64,000 nt of DNA, taken from Azolla caroliniana (lineage: Eukaryota; Plantae; Polypodiophyta). Shown piece after piece: positions 24,901 to 38,248 of the stretch. Under the pieces are notes generated by a model. That model did no database searches. It was not told the origin of the DNA and worked only from the letters and a program-made list of their open reading frames with translations. The stretch spans positions 1,116,001-1,180,000 of the forward strand of contig JBHGNT010000001.1 in the NCBI GenBank assembly GCA_043228905.1. Reading direction: 5' to 3'. How positions within the stretch are numbered: position 1 is the stretch's first letter; the number at the start of each line of letters is the position of its first letter. The translations under genes and the position numbers were made by a program.

Positions 24901-27900
24901 CAGAACTACTAACCTCTGGGGTTTCCAAATTAGCATTGAGGTTGCAGAGCAGCTCTTTTGGAGACTCAATATTAAGCATAGCTGCTAACTTTGGAGTTAG
25001 TAAAGATTTCAGAGACTTGGATGCAGTATCATTGTATGGTGATGGGCATTCTTCAGTTTGAGAACCCTGCAAATGGCTAAGAGCATGTGCTGCAAGAACA
25101 GCATGCGTGTTTTTGGCAATCTGAAATCTTCTTCCAACGCCACGAGGTTCACTTGCGCTACTTTCTTCTGCTGTCAAATCATACTGCAAAAGAAGAGGAA
25201 GAAGATACCTACACCACAAAAAATAAGAACACAGTCAGTACATCTCTTGCAACACGCCACAATATAACTAATAAATTAATGGGCATTTACCATATGACTC
25301 CAGTCTTTAACATGCGATCTTGCATGTCCTGTGATGCAGCCACATTACTAATAGTTTGAAGAGCAGAGTCTACGGCTGCATGTGCATGCTCTAGCTCTGA
25401 GCAATGTACCACATCTTCAACAAACCCAGGACATTGCAGCATTTCTCCCCACGAACTTTTGAATTTGCTCAAACCAGAAAATGTAAGCATGACATTTGTC
25501 ACAATCATTGCTGCTGGATCTGTTGCAGGAGTGCTATTTTGTACTACATACATGCACCTTGAGAGCAGCGTTGCAAGTAAAGATATCCCACCATCTCGTA
25601 CCAATTCCTCACCATTAAGGGAGGAAGAAGCACACCTGTTGCAAATTCGAAAGAAAATATATATCATGCATTATGAAATAGATACACATCTGATTTAAGG
25701 AAGGGTAACTCTTACGTTAGCCACACAAGCTCTGATGCTGCAATAAGGAGTGGCGCTCTTTCTAGAGAGAGAAAATTATTATCATCTTTATCAACTGTGA
25801 TGCAACTGAATAGCATCTGATATCCTGCATATTTAAATGGCTCCAAAACCTTTCCATACCGCCTATAAAGAATGCATTGCCCTTTTAATAAGAGTAGCAA
25901 CCTCCAGGGCTGTGGACCTTGGAGACCATGCAGAGTAGCCTAAAAAAACCAACAAGACCATATACAAATTGCAATAAGCAAATATAATATCAGGAAATTC
26001 ATGACGATTTTTAAGTATACGCATATGTTTATGTGCAGGTATGTGTGATGTGATCAATTAGAACTTGAAATACCTCCATGAAACTTATGATCTGTCAGCT
26101 TTTTTATTTAATAATGAATCTATATATTTTTATTTGATTATGATTTATATATATTGTTTCTTAACAGTAAATAAGGCTCATTTCTCTTTTGACCTATCAA
26201 AGGACCAGTATGGTTGTTTCTGCATATGAAACGACCAAATTGGTAATCCTCCTAATTTTAGTGTCCTTCCTAGCATATCAACAATGTAGAATAAAGGACT
26301 CTATACAGAGAATCTGAATCGGTAATACTTCTAATTATAATTCCCTTCTAATGTATTCACCATGTAGAATAAAGGATCTTCCACATTCCAGCAAACTCAG
26401 TCTTGTATTCATGTATTATTTAATGCAAAGCATTCTCTACATCTATAATTAATGACAAATAAATGCAAGCACTGGTCCAAACCTGCAAGCATTCATAAGC
26501 TTTCTGGACAGCCACAAACTTCTCTCTTCCCTCTGGATTCTTGTCTGGGTGATACTTCATCGCAAGCTTCCGATACTGTCTCTTGAGCACCTCTTCATCA
26601 ATTCGACCAGACAATGGCTCTGTATTTTTCCTGTCATCTTCAGAGGAATTACAATCATTGTTATTGCATATATCCTCTTCAAATGGTATCTCCAATATTT
26701 TACAGGCTTCCTCCTCAGAAAGATCCATTGGTCTTCTTGTTAATTCTTCACGCCACATTGTAAGCAAAGATTGGAGAAACTCAACATGCTCTACAATGGG
26801 CCAATCTGGGAACCTTATCTCATCACATAAATTCCTTAGATAATAACGATGGCACCACATTTCATCATGAAGTTCTGGGTATGTAACGGGAGGCATGGGT
26901 GCATATTCATATAAAGAATGGCAATGCTGGGATAATTTCTGAATAAAATCTCCAAGATGTTTGAGTACCTGTCACAAAAGACATTCAAACAAGAAAACTA
27001 AATGAAATATAATTAGAGATAAACGTTACTACCTGGGAAAGCAAGAAATAAGGTTCCATTAAAAATAACCTGAACTGTATATAGTGTTGCATGAATACAC
27101 TTTTCTTTCTACGGACTAGATGAAGAACAAAATACCTGATCAATTAGTCGCTCTGCTCTCATCTTATGTGTCCATATGATTTCTGGCGTATCTGAATCAG
27201 CAACCATTGCTGCAGCAAAGGCGGCTGGGCCACTCCTTTCTAACACATAAAGAAGTGACTCAGGTAAAAGTCCACCAAGAATGCTTCGTTTTGCCAAAGG
27301 AAGAGATGAAGATAAAGCTGCTTCTGCTCCTCCATGGAAAGCTTGAAGCGTATGTGTAGCAGCCAGAAGGTTGGCCGCAGAATTCAAGTTTGATCCTGCA
27401 TAGGCTAGCAGAAAGTAGAAAGCACCTGTATTGTAAAGACGAGCCATAGCTTTAGGGTTCCTTGTCACCACAGCTTTCAAAAGTGATGCTGCACCATCTA
27501 CAATAGCAGGTTCTCCTGATAAAATTGCCTATATAACACAAAGACAACTTCCTTATCAAATTTCTAGAATTTTCTCTTTTTGCAATGACTATAATATTAA
27601 GACTCAGAAACAACCCTAATCAACACATGTACAGGTGGTATCGTAGTGAAGGTAGAATTATGTATAAATCATTAAGTACAATCATTCTTGGAAACACAAA
27701 CCCCTTTACAGATGTTTGGCTACTTGGACACAGCAAGCATCAATAAGCTCCAAGCAGATGTCAAAACAATATCAATAAGATGGATCCCTGGTAAGAAGTG
27801 AAAGTGCTTATAAACAAGGACCAAAGAGAAAACGATGCATGCTGAGAAGCAACCTGTGAAAGTACCTCTGGACAAAAGAATATTTAATATATACATGGAT

Positions 27901-30900
27901 GACGAGATATACAATTAACCAGTCAAACAAAATACCCAACAACTACATCAACTAAATGAGGTAACAATAAGAGAATTTCTTGTGGGAGTAGCTCAGTCAG
28001 CTTTATCTATGTGCTACATAGGATGAAAGAGCAGTCACCTGTGCTATATGAGGAAGACAGTGTGAGCTGGACAAGATGCGCTTAACTCGTGGAGTAGGAG
28101 TTACAAGCTCACCAGCATCATCTAAATCTGAATGAACATTCACCATACTATGCAAGATCGATAATGCAACTTCTCCAACCTGATCAACAGTGAGCAAATG
28201 AGTTTAGGGACACATATAAACCAATACAGATAAACAACAGTTCTAAATCATAAATCAAGCAGTGTCTCAGGAATGAAGGCATATATGAATAGAATACAAA
28301 TTATAAATGTGCATATGCTTTATTCAAAAATAGAACTTATATGCTGCTAATAAACAGAGAACATAGTATAGACAATATGGTAGGTTAAAAAGGTGAAAAC
28401 ACAACTGCATGTTGCTAATATCATTAAACTTGTAAATTTAATGGGTCACTATTTGAATGTTAGACCTGAAGTATTCATAAGGTCAAAGGAAGGTGGAACA
28501 TATTACATACCAGCTGGTATGGCCACATCCCATTAACACAATTAGGATATAAAGAAATTAACAGTAAATAAAAGAAAGTGTATATATTATGTACACTTCC
28601 TAGTTCCTAAAGCTCAATCAAGACTTTCCACATTATCTACAACCTCGAATTAGAAATTAAAACTCAAGTTCAACGTTGCATACCTGTGTCGGTGTGAGCA
28701 CTGGAACACGAGAAGCTAATGCCCATCGCAATTCTCGAAGATCACTTAATTTTCTCCACTCTGTCATGCCTGACGCCCAGCATTTTGTGTTCCAATCTAT
28801 CTCCTGTTTTGACCATGCTCTTCTAATACCATCTTTTTCCATGGGACCAATCTGCACTCCATCTTTGTTAACATAATGCCATTCCTTCTGTGGCTCTACA
28901 AATGCAGTTGATGCTATAAGATTTGACTGCAGTGGAATCGAAGTTCGTTCTGCTGTTTCATGTGCTGTTGTCAAAAGGTCTACAGCTAGGACACACCCTC
29001 CTACAGACACACAGGCCTCTGCATTTGAAGGCACCTTCATGAGAACCTGCCCCAGGTATAAAAGAGGATAGATAAGATTAAACAAATAAGAGATTTTAAA
29101 ATAACAATACAACAAACAATAACGCATCACAACAGCAATTATCTTATTATAAAAAACAATCTAAGCTGGCAGTCCATATCTGGGAAACTATTATGACAAA
29201 AACATAAATATTATGGAAAATGACAATAGCAAAACAAGAGAAAAGCAGGAATGAAAGTATGCAGAGCATAGTATCTCATCAGCATGTGTCACAAAGCGGC
29301 CAGAGAGGGAGAGCCTTTGAATCACAGTCTAGCCAATTCTTAGCCTGATGAGATACGCTTGTCTATCAAGCTAGATATTTCGCTACATGCAATTGCTGCA
29401 TGGCCTGGGATTACACCCTCTTCAAGTCCTTAGGCTTTTGGGCTCTCCTCATCCTGATCCCCATATGCAAGTATATGCATAGCTTGAATCATCAGGTTTC
29501 CTAAAGTTTCAGGCAAGGGATGATCATGGATAATATGACCATGATCCATAGGGTGGGTGCAGGCATCATTCATAGATTACCATGCCCCCTGCAGCAGTTG
29601 CAAGAATTTCTTCTAACAGTACAAGTTTCCATGGATGCAGCAGTGTCAAATCAGCTCATCAATAAGTTTTACAACTTAAATACTTAGTTTGTCAATCAGG
29701 TCTATGAAATCTCAAATAAAGATTGTGTGCTAGTGTAGTTATTTGCAACATATATCGTGATTATTGTGTGATGTGACACGTCCAACAAAGTAGGCCACTT
29801 AGAATTTACATATGCAAAATTAAGATAAGATGCCTTTTTTTTTTTCAATCCTTTCCAAGACAGAAGTTTCAGTCCACCTAAGTTCCGATTGTTAAGTGGT
29901 TTGCTAAAACGAAACCTTAGACGTATTCAAAACAAGAGCACAGAATTCCCTTCCTGACTATTGGACATGAATTATTTATATCAAAACCTCTTGAAATAGA
30001 GATTCACCCACTAGTTCAGCCACAATAGGAATGTGTTACAAGTATGATATTGACCCTCTCTATGTTTCTCTATGATGGGATAAGGACATGGGGTGGTTGC
30101 ATAACCACATTATTTAACTGCCAAAGTCCTGGCCTTACCAATTGAAATAAATGGATATTGCAATCCTCAAGCCCAGCAAGATTGTAACAGAAAACCCCTA
30201 TTTTTTTATGCTGATATACATCCTAGCATTAATATATTCGTATGAACTCTGAATATGAACCATCAATAAGTAGTTCCATTACTTAAGACAAGTGGCAAGA
30301 AAAATATTCACCTTCGAGAGCAACAGAAGTCGATGTCGAAGAGTTCTATCATTTGTACGATCCAGTAAAACAGTAATATGAGCAGTTCCATCAAAAGCAC
30401 CTATTACAGAGAAATGTTGTTCATAGACAATTGACATTGCTCTTGCACATAACTCCCTTACAGCAGGACCACCTCCACCTCCAAACCCATCAAGTTTGCC
30501 AACATCACACCACTCCTCTGATGTACCCATTTCATCCCAATTTGCTCCTTCAACAACTAATCCCATGTCAGCATCACACAAAAAACGATGGTATAATGCC
30601 CTAAAAAAAGCAGAAGGATCTCTAAGAGGGAAATCTTGTGCCCTGCCTCCCATTCCACCACCATCAAGCAGAAGCCTCAGATAATACTGACCGACACACA
30701 CTTCCTTTGAAAGGCTAGGATACCTCACCCTAAACTCCAAGTAGTTCCAAGAAAGCTGGCTGGAAATCTGTTGTCCATGTCTGTCAGCAGTTTCATATGT
30801 GGTAACATTCACATCTTCAGTGCGCTGCTTCTCCACATTTAGATGGTGAACCTCAGATTTCAATGCTTCTTTTAATTCTTGTCTGGTGCGCTCATTCCAG

Positions 30901-33900
30901 ATTAAATCTGCACGGCTGTGGTCCAGTTCAAATTCTCGCCAAAACTCTGGCCAGTTACAAAGTAATCGACCAGATCCCACAGGAGTACTTTCAGTCACAA
31001 CTTGTGCCGGGGCTGGAACATTTTGATAAGAAGAGAAGGCAGGGCTTGAATCACCAGTGCTGGTATCAACACCGTTTTGATTTGTAAAACCAGTGGATGA
31101 AGGACCAATATGAGGGTCCAATGAAAATGCCCCATCAGCTGTGGGAGAGCATTCAGGATGTGGGACTGCTGAGGCATTAGTAGTTGTAGGACTATTTACC
31201 GGTGCCTGTGAATTTGATGTTGCTATTCCATTCTCATTTATTGTATCTGGATGAGAGGTTCCCTCTTTCTTATTCACTGGTTCACCAGCATTCTTCGTGT
31301 GAAATGATCTTCCTCTTCTACGTTGAAGAATGCGCCGTTGACTCCTTTTTGTAGAGACAGTTGCCTTGGTTTCGAGATCCAGGCCATCTTCATCTTCATC
31401 TTTCGGAAGAGTATGAAGGTATGCTACTAGACCTGGTGGTATCACACGTGAGAGGAGTTCAAGAGCTGGTTGATATGAATCCGCCCATAGAGCTACAAGT
31501 TGTCTGCTGACCTCACGACGCTCACCAGCTGGGAGGAAACAAGCACTTTCCAGATGCCTCAAAAGTGCTCCATCACGCAATGCAGCATCTCTCATTGATT
31601 CGGCAGCAATTGCATCCTCCTCTGCAATAGTTCGCATAATTACCGCAACAGTCTCCCTTACACTCTCTGCAGGGTGCCCAAACAGAATAAACAACCGCCT
31701 TCTTAAACCTGCCACCTGCCTTAGCATTTCCACAAACATAGAATGGTCTGTCGTCTCACTTTGAGGTTCACAAAGCATTGCCTCTAATACTTCCACCACT
31801 GCCATGGACAACAAAGGGGATACGGACATTGATTTTAACCGATTGACCAGGATAGTTATATATGATTGTTGACCAAAAAGGACAGATTTTGCATGCATCA
31901 ACGCTGCATGCCTTTCTCCTTTTGTGTTGAGAACATAACCATTCTCACCAAGGCCACCTCCAGTAAGTACAGCAATAAGACTCGCACCTTCTGCAGCCAC
32001 CCCTTCAGACCCACTTCGCACCAAGCCTAATATTCGCTGCACAGCAGTAGCATTTGAGATAACAACTGAAAATGCGCTCGTGGAACTAAGCAACCTTCTC
32101 AGACAAGCAATGAGGCCCATGATTGTTGCAGATGCTTTAGGCGATGGAGATGGTGGTGGAGGGGCTTCTGGAGGCAAATTTGGTGGAGCAGGAAGTAATG
32201 ACAATAAAGCAATTAGAGCAACCTCTGGCACTTCAGTATTAGATTGTATTCCACTATATGGAATACATGCATTAAATTCTCTGACTCTGCGCCAGAATTT
32301 TGCCTTTGATCCAGGAACAGCGCCACCTTCAGCTACAGCATCCTTCGCAGCTGCAATAAGATGTTTCAAATGAAGAGCCTCCCCCTCAATGTCAGCAAAT
32401 AAGCGATGATGCAAGGAGTTTCCAAGTTGGGGTAGTTGTGGAACCTTGCCACATGGAGGATCAAGATGGTGACCTGGAAGAGTTAATCTTGGCAAAACCG
32501 CTATAGAACGCTGCCCCTGAATGTGAGAGTAAGTTTACATATAAACTCAGAATCTTGCATCCAAGAATTCAATTTGCGCTAAGTATTTATGCCTCACCTC
32601 CATCTGCACAACATCCAGTACGGCAACCAATAAACTGTCACGGGACGTACTTGAATATACCTGCATAATAATCCTTCCTTTATAAACCACAAACACATTA
32701 CAGATAGCCACCTAGCTATTCAATTAAGGACCCATACCAATAAAAAAGTTCACCTAATAAAATCAATATTGCACAAATGCACTGAGAACTTACATGAATT
32801 GGACAACCATCATTGAACTCTATAGCAAAAAGCTGTGGCTCCTCCACAAAACGGACAAGAGCAGCTACTGAAGATAATGGTCTAACAATAACTGCCTAGA
32901 TCAACACAATGTCCAAACCAATCATAATAGCACCTCTTTCACTTCTCCTTAAATTTTCAAGGGTTAGACTTTGGCATGAAATTACCTCATAGTTATCTGG
33001 TCTACGTTCCACAAGGGATACCCTTGTCAAAACAAGTTGCCTTGGTACAGAGTCACCATTCTCATCTAATCTCGATTTTCCTCCAAAAAAGAAATTTGTG
33101 CTTAAACTATTCACAGTGCCATGCCCAGCAGATCGAAACCTAATCACAGACCATTCTCCATATCGTGTTTCCTCAGCACCAACTGCTACCATAGCTGTTC
33201 CATTTCAATCAATAGAGACTAGATCAGATTTGCATGATCAGAAACATGAGTGCTGAGATCAATTTTGAGATGCGAACCATGATTACTAGCATATCTAATT
33301 TTACCTCTTTGTTTCAAGAACTCTGTTGCCCCAATTGTTTGAGAGCTATCGATCAGCAGTGTTAAGCCCAACTGTGTCTTGGCAACGTTTGTCTTCAAAA
33401 ACCATGAATCTTTATTAGCAATATTTCCTTGAATATGAAAAACAAGTTTCGCAAGGTTAAGTGTCCAAGGGCCCACCATTCTAACTGCCATGATAAGGGT
33501 TTAAGCAGCAATAAAAAGAACAAAACTGATCTACTTACTCACACCAGTCGGGCCACAGAGAATGACAAGTATTTCAAATAGTCAAGTTTACTCATTTAAC
33601 TTACCATTTTTGACAGAATGGCTGAGTTTGATACACCTGAAGCTGCTATAAATGCTTTACACTTCCGACCATATAGGGGGCACAAAACAAATCCACCTCC
33701 TTCAACAGCCTTCCTGCCATAAGCATCCGCAAGAAGTATTATACCAGGAGAGTCCATATCCCGAAAATCCAAACACCATCGCAGATCTCCTGTCTTTGGC
33801 TGTCTAATTTCAACTCCAACAGCTGTAATTCGTAGAGTCTGTACCCATGATATAAAAAAAATGCATAAGAGTCTCTAGCCACAATGTTAAATGACCAAAA

Positions 33901-36900
33901 CTGGAACCTATCATGCAGTTCCTCCAATAATAACGTCTGGTTTAGATTTAAATAAGGATGCTCATGAGAGGTGTTAAGTTTTCTTAAAAGATACGATTAA
34001 AATCATTAAAGAGCAACAATATTATGCACGGCTGTTCCAATAATAACTTTGTTTTCAAGTTGATGATATGTATAAAGTATTATAAAAACAGGTAATAAAC
34101 TGAGATGAAGATTTTTACCAGTGGAACCCAGCTTGATGTTTTACGCCGTAAGTGGAGAATCATGAATTCAGTGACAAGTGATGAGGAAAGCTGCTGACCT
34201 GTAGTTTTGCTCCACTTTAGCTTATAGAGCTCTGTCAAAATTGCTACACGATACCTAACAACAAAAAGACATCGATAGTGCAGATTTTAAACCATACTGG
34301 AGAAACAAAGGATAAAACAAATCAAGGTTGTTTGGGTACATGTATTTACCATTTAGGTACGTACAACACCTCATGAATGGTACTATAATTACTCTACCAA
34401 ATTCCTCATCATTTTGTTTAATACTATACTAATGTGCTGACACAAAAAATACCTACTCACCAGGGAAAACATCCAAATGTAATAATTATTAGAAAAAGGT
34501 CCAAATGTACCCTAAAATTCAAAATGATTCAAACCATAATTGTTTTCCATTTCCTTTTTTTGCCCACTTCCATTTGCCCTAAGCAAAACCAACAACGCTC
34601 GATGTAATTACAGGTTACAAGCTCTTGATTTAGGTATACACTCTAAGAAGTTGAAGTTAAAGAGTAAAGTTAACAATGAAGACTATTGCCCATTTTCGTT
34701 GAAAAAGTAATTGCATTTCATCCTTTTTAGCTGGGGTTTTTGGTGCATTTTCATAAGTAGTTTCAAAGGTCCGCATCCATAATAAAAGTTGTGGACTTCT
34801 TGCATTTCTGTTTAATACCTTAATGTTGTTACAATGTTAGTCAATTCCCTAATATTATAGATCCTGTAAGAAGTTTGTTGCTGACATTATTATAAAGGTT
34901 GCATGATTCTATGATTCGAGGTAAGCCTTATTCAGTGTTGGTCTTCTGAAAAAATTTATGTTTGATTCCAAAACTTAATTGCTACTTCTGAAGTGAAGCA
35001 AAGATTTATTGTATAGACTTGAGAGAAATATATTATGATCTGTTATTTAAAATTGTAACTCAGCAGTAGTTGCAACTATTTTCAACTGCTATCTGTTTTT
35101 GAAAATGTCCTGCAGTATTTAACATACTATATATAAAGTGTGTAATTTATGAGCATTTAACAAGTACGAAACACATTTCTAAAGTACTTTTTGTTTCTAA
35201 AGTACTTTTTGTTTGGAAAGTACTTGATGTGTATTAATATATTACATACATAGCCGTACTATACCTGACAAACATGAGACCAATCTAGTTTCAACACACT
35301 AGGATGCTTACCTAGATTTCTATTGAGACCGGGTTTAGGAGACATTTAATTTTGCAAATGCCACAAGATTTCCTTCTCCTTTCAGGTTGATATGACCTCA
35401 GGAAAAAGATTTATTGAGTAATTCTGGTATCTAAAAGTTTGTGGCAAAAGTTCAATTTTTTAAGAGTTTATTTTATTACTACCAACCATTACACCATTCT
35501 TAAGAAGAGAGCTGCAGTAGAATGCTCAGTTTCAAGCATCTCCTTATCTGTACAGGTTCAAGAGCCTTGTACCAAATTAAGGCACGTAAAATATAATGCC
35601 TAAAATTTCATAGAGAACTGTGAATGGAATCACATGCATAGGCCTTGTATCATAATAATTTCTTTACATCATTATGTTGCATCAGATGTTTAAACTGTTA
35701 TTCCAGAGGTAGAGCTTGATTGCTAGAATATATTCTACTATCATCTATGGCAGGTTCAAGAGCCTTGTACCAAACTAAGGCACTTAAAATATATTGCCTA
35801 AAATTTCATAGAGAACTGTGAATGGAATCACATGCATAGGCCTTGTATCATAATAATTTCTTTACATCGTTATGTTGCATCAGATTGTTTAAACTGCTAT
35901 TCCAGAGGTAGAGCTTGATTGCTAGAATATATCCTACTATCATCTAAGAGATTGTGAAGATGCCACTGCCTTTTCAACAGATCATAAACTCTACCTTAAG
36001 AATCAAAAATATTTGGGATCAATTGTTAGTGAGCCTCACAATAGTCCTGGCATATCAGTAGCATATCCACCAAGCAAGTCATATTAATTGAGTTTCTGCT
36101 TCCACTTCCTTGCACCAATCATCCATACACTTGAATGATGGTTTCCCCACTATTTTCTACATTGGTAAAAGTTAAAAATATGGATCATGAATCATTGTTT
36201 GCCCACTACTTTGTAGCCTATTATGAGTTGTCTCTGTATGCGACCAAATTTTCAACTTTGAATCCAGTCATCGATCCAGAGATAGTGATAATACTTATTT
36301 TTGCCAATGTAGTTTGAAGACAGTAGAAACAGTCGTCTCCAATGGAGAATCTATCTATGAGGCAAGGATGCTACAATTACCAATATAAACAGTGAATGAC
36401 GTTGTTCCCTTCCTATCTGCACCTTGACATCCCTTCAATATTATCCAAACACAGATGCACAGCAATGAAGGCATACCTACTTAATTCTCTCCAAGGCAAC
36501 TATGTGCAAAGGATTGTTCAATTGCCTAAAACAGTTTAAAATGTGTCCGTACATCACACCCCAAAGTTTAAATGACATTTAAAGCTATCCAAAAGATACA
36601 TTTACCAACAATAAAAACAGATGTAGTCAGTAAGTAAACCTGGATGAAAATTTTACTGCTTTAAATTTGCCTCGGCCGTCGGTTCTAACGTTGATTATGA
36701 ACTCCTGAGCATGGTGAACCTCAGGATCATCCTTTCCAATGACAGGGGCAGCCGTTTCAAAATCCAATAGAACATCATATGAGTTTGTTACAACAAGAGT
36801 GGCAGGGTCAAGGGTTATAATCGATGTTTGCGAGATGCACAAAATTCTTCTATACTTTCCTCTCCAGGAGTGTTTTGTAACCATGTATCGAGCAAGGTAT

Positions 36901-37004
36901 TCGGGCTCTTCGTGCACATAAGGTTCATGTGTAGATGGTGATGACACCGACTCAGATGGTATGGATGATACCGGGTTCAAAAGGCGGTTAAGAGAAGATT
37001 CCAT
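21919..37004 (-). CDS. GRV2: DnaJ homolog subfamily C GRV2/KAM2 (RME-8/DNAJC13 orthologue), ~2595 aa, 23 exons
   Basis: Exons 36640-37004, 34119-34254, 33605-33838, 33305-33392, 32986-33194, 32794-32895, 32598-32660, 30312-32516, 28684-29046, 28039-28179, 27136-27528, 26483-26968, 25716-25939, 25291-25635, 24914-25208, 24390-24833, 23960-24302, 23530-23873, 22974-23441, 22774-22898, 22555-22678, 22396-22464 and 21919-22140 sum to 7788 nt in frame. Motifs [13 protein letters not shown] repeats, a GYF-like WHY...GP domain, J-domain KYHPDKNP and terminal [14 protein letters not shown]. Confidence 0.95.
35553..35946. repeat. Tandem duplication, ~198 bp x2, in GRV2 intron 1
   Basis: caggttcaagagccttgtaccaaa...ctactatcatcta starts at 35553 and again at 35751 with few substitutions. 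Confidence 0.9.
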
Positions 37005-38199
37005 GGTCAGAGAGAGATTGAAGGCATTCAATGGAGGAGGCGTATTCGGGTGGAGAAGCCACCAGCTCCACACTGCCGCTTCAGTGCGGCCCCCTGACTG
37101 ACTCGCCCCCAGTTCTTCTTGCTTCTGAAGAGGATCCTTCTCTTGATTCCGCCAAATATATTCTCTTCTTGCTGAAAACCGAAAAGAAAATAAAGAATAA
37201 CCCTAGAAGCACTATTCCTGGCCGCTGTCTTAAGTCCAAAAAACAAACCCCAAGAACACCATCATTCTTGTTCCTTGAAACCAATGATATTTTTGCTGAC
37301 AACCCAGAAAACAAATCCCTGCTCCTCAAATTCCCCCAATCATTTTTGAAACCCAACGAAACAATCTGTAAGTACTATCCTCCTTGCTCTTCAAAAGCTT
37401 CGAATACCGGAAAAAAGAACTCGAAATGAAGTACCCAAGAATCAATATTTCCTTGTTTCCAGGAAGTTCCAGGTCTTTGCCAAAAATACTGGAAGAAAGC
37501 CCTAGGATCACTTTTCTCTTGTTTCCTGAAAGCACCAATCTTTCACCGAAAGAACCCTAGAAGCACATTTCTCTTCTTTCAGAGAGTTATGTGTCTTTGT
37601 CCACAATCTTTGTCCAAGAATCTCTATTTCTCATTATAATTGGAATGTCTTCCAAAAATCTTCCCACTGAAGAACAAACTGAGAATTTGTGTTCCTCAGT
37701 TGATCCAATTATACCTTCATATGTTTTGATGATCAAACAGACCTCATCTTTCTTCATTGATCATCAAAAGCACTATGTATCTCTTCTCTAACTCTTAGAG
37801 ACTTCACTGATACGTTGACGAAGAAAGACAAAAAGAAGAGTTTTCCACCCGATGGGCGATCTTCGAGAGATCAAAAAAAGATTATACAGAGAAAATGACA
37901 AAGATTTATACACCGAATGGCGTAAATAATAAATAAAAACCTAATAAAGTCTGCGGTGATGGAGATCGATGGTCAGCTTGAAATCGCGAGAAAGAGACAG
38001 AGCAATGCTTGTTGATGAGCAAATTTGTGTCCATCTATCTTCCGATGTGTATGTAGATACAGACAGAAAGACAGAAAGACATACATAGTACATACATACT
38101 TTGCTGTAGGAATGAACGAATGTGTGAGATTATTAGTTAAATATGTATGTTAAGAACGCAATCTTTTTTTTGGCTCCCAATTTTGACTCCTCTTCCATA

Positions 38200-38248
<49 letters not shown>
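38200..38248. repeat. (GAT)n microsatellite
   Basis: About 16 perfect GAT units. Confidence 0.9.

Noticed and set aside
37031-37538. Several 70-130-aa ORFs upstream of GRV2
   Set aside because: Mostly non-ATG starts or antisense, with no recognisable domains; probably leader or intron sequence.
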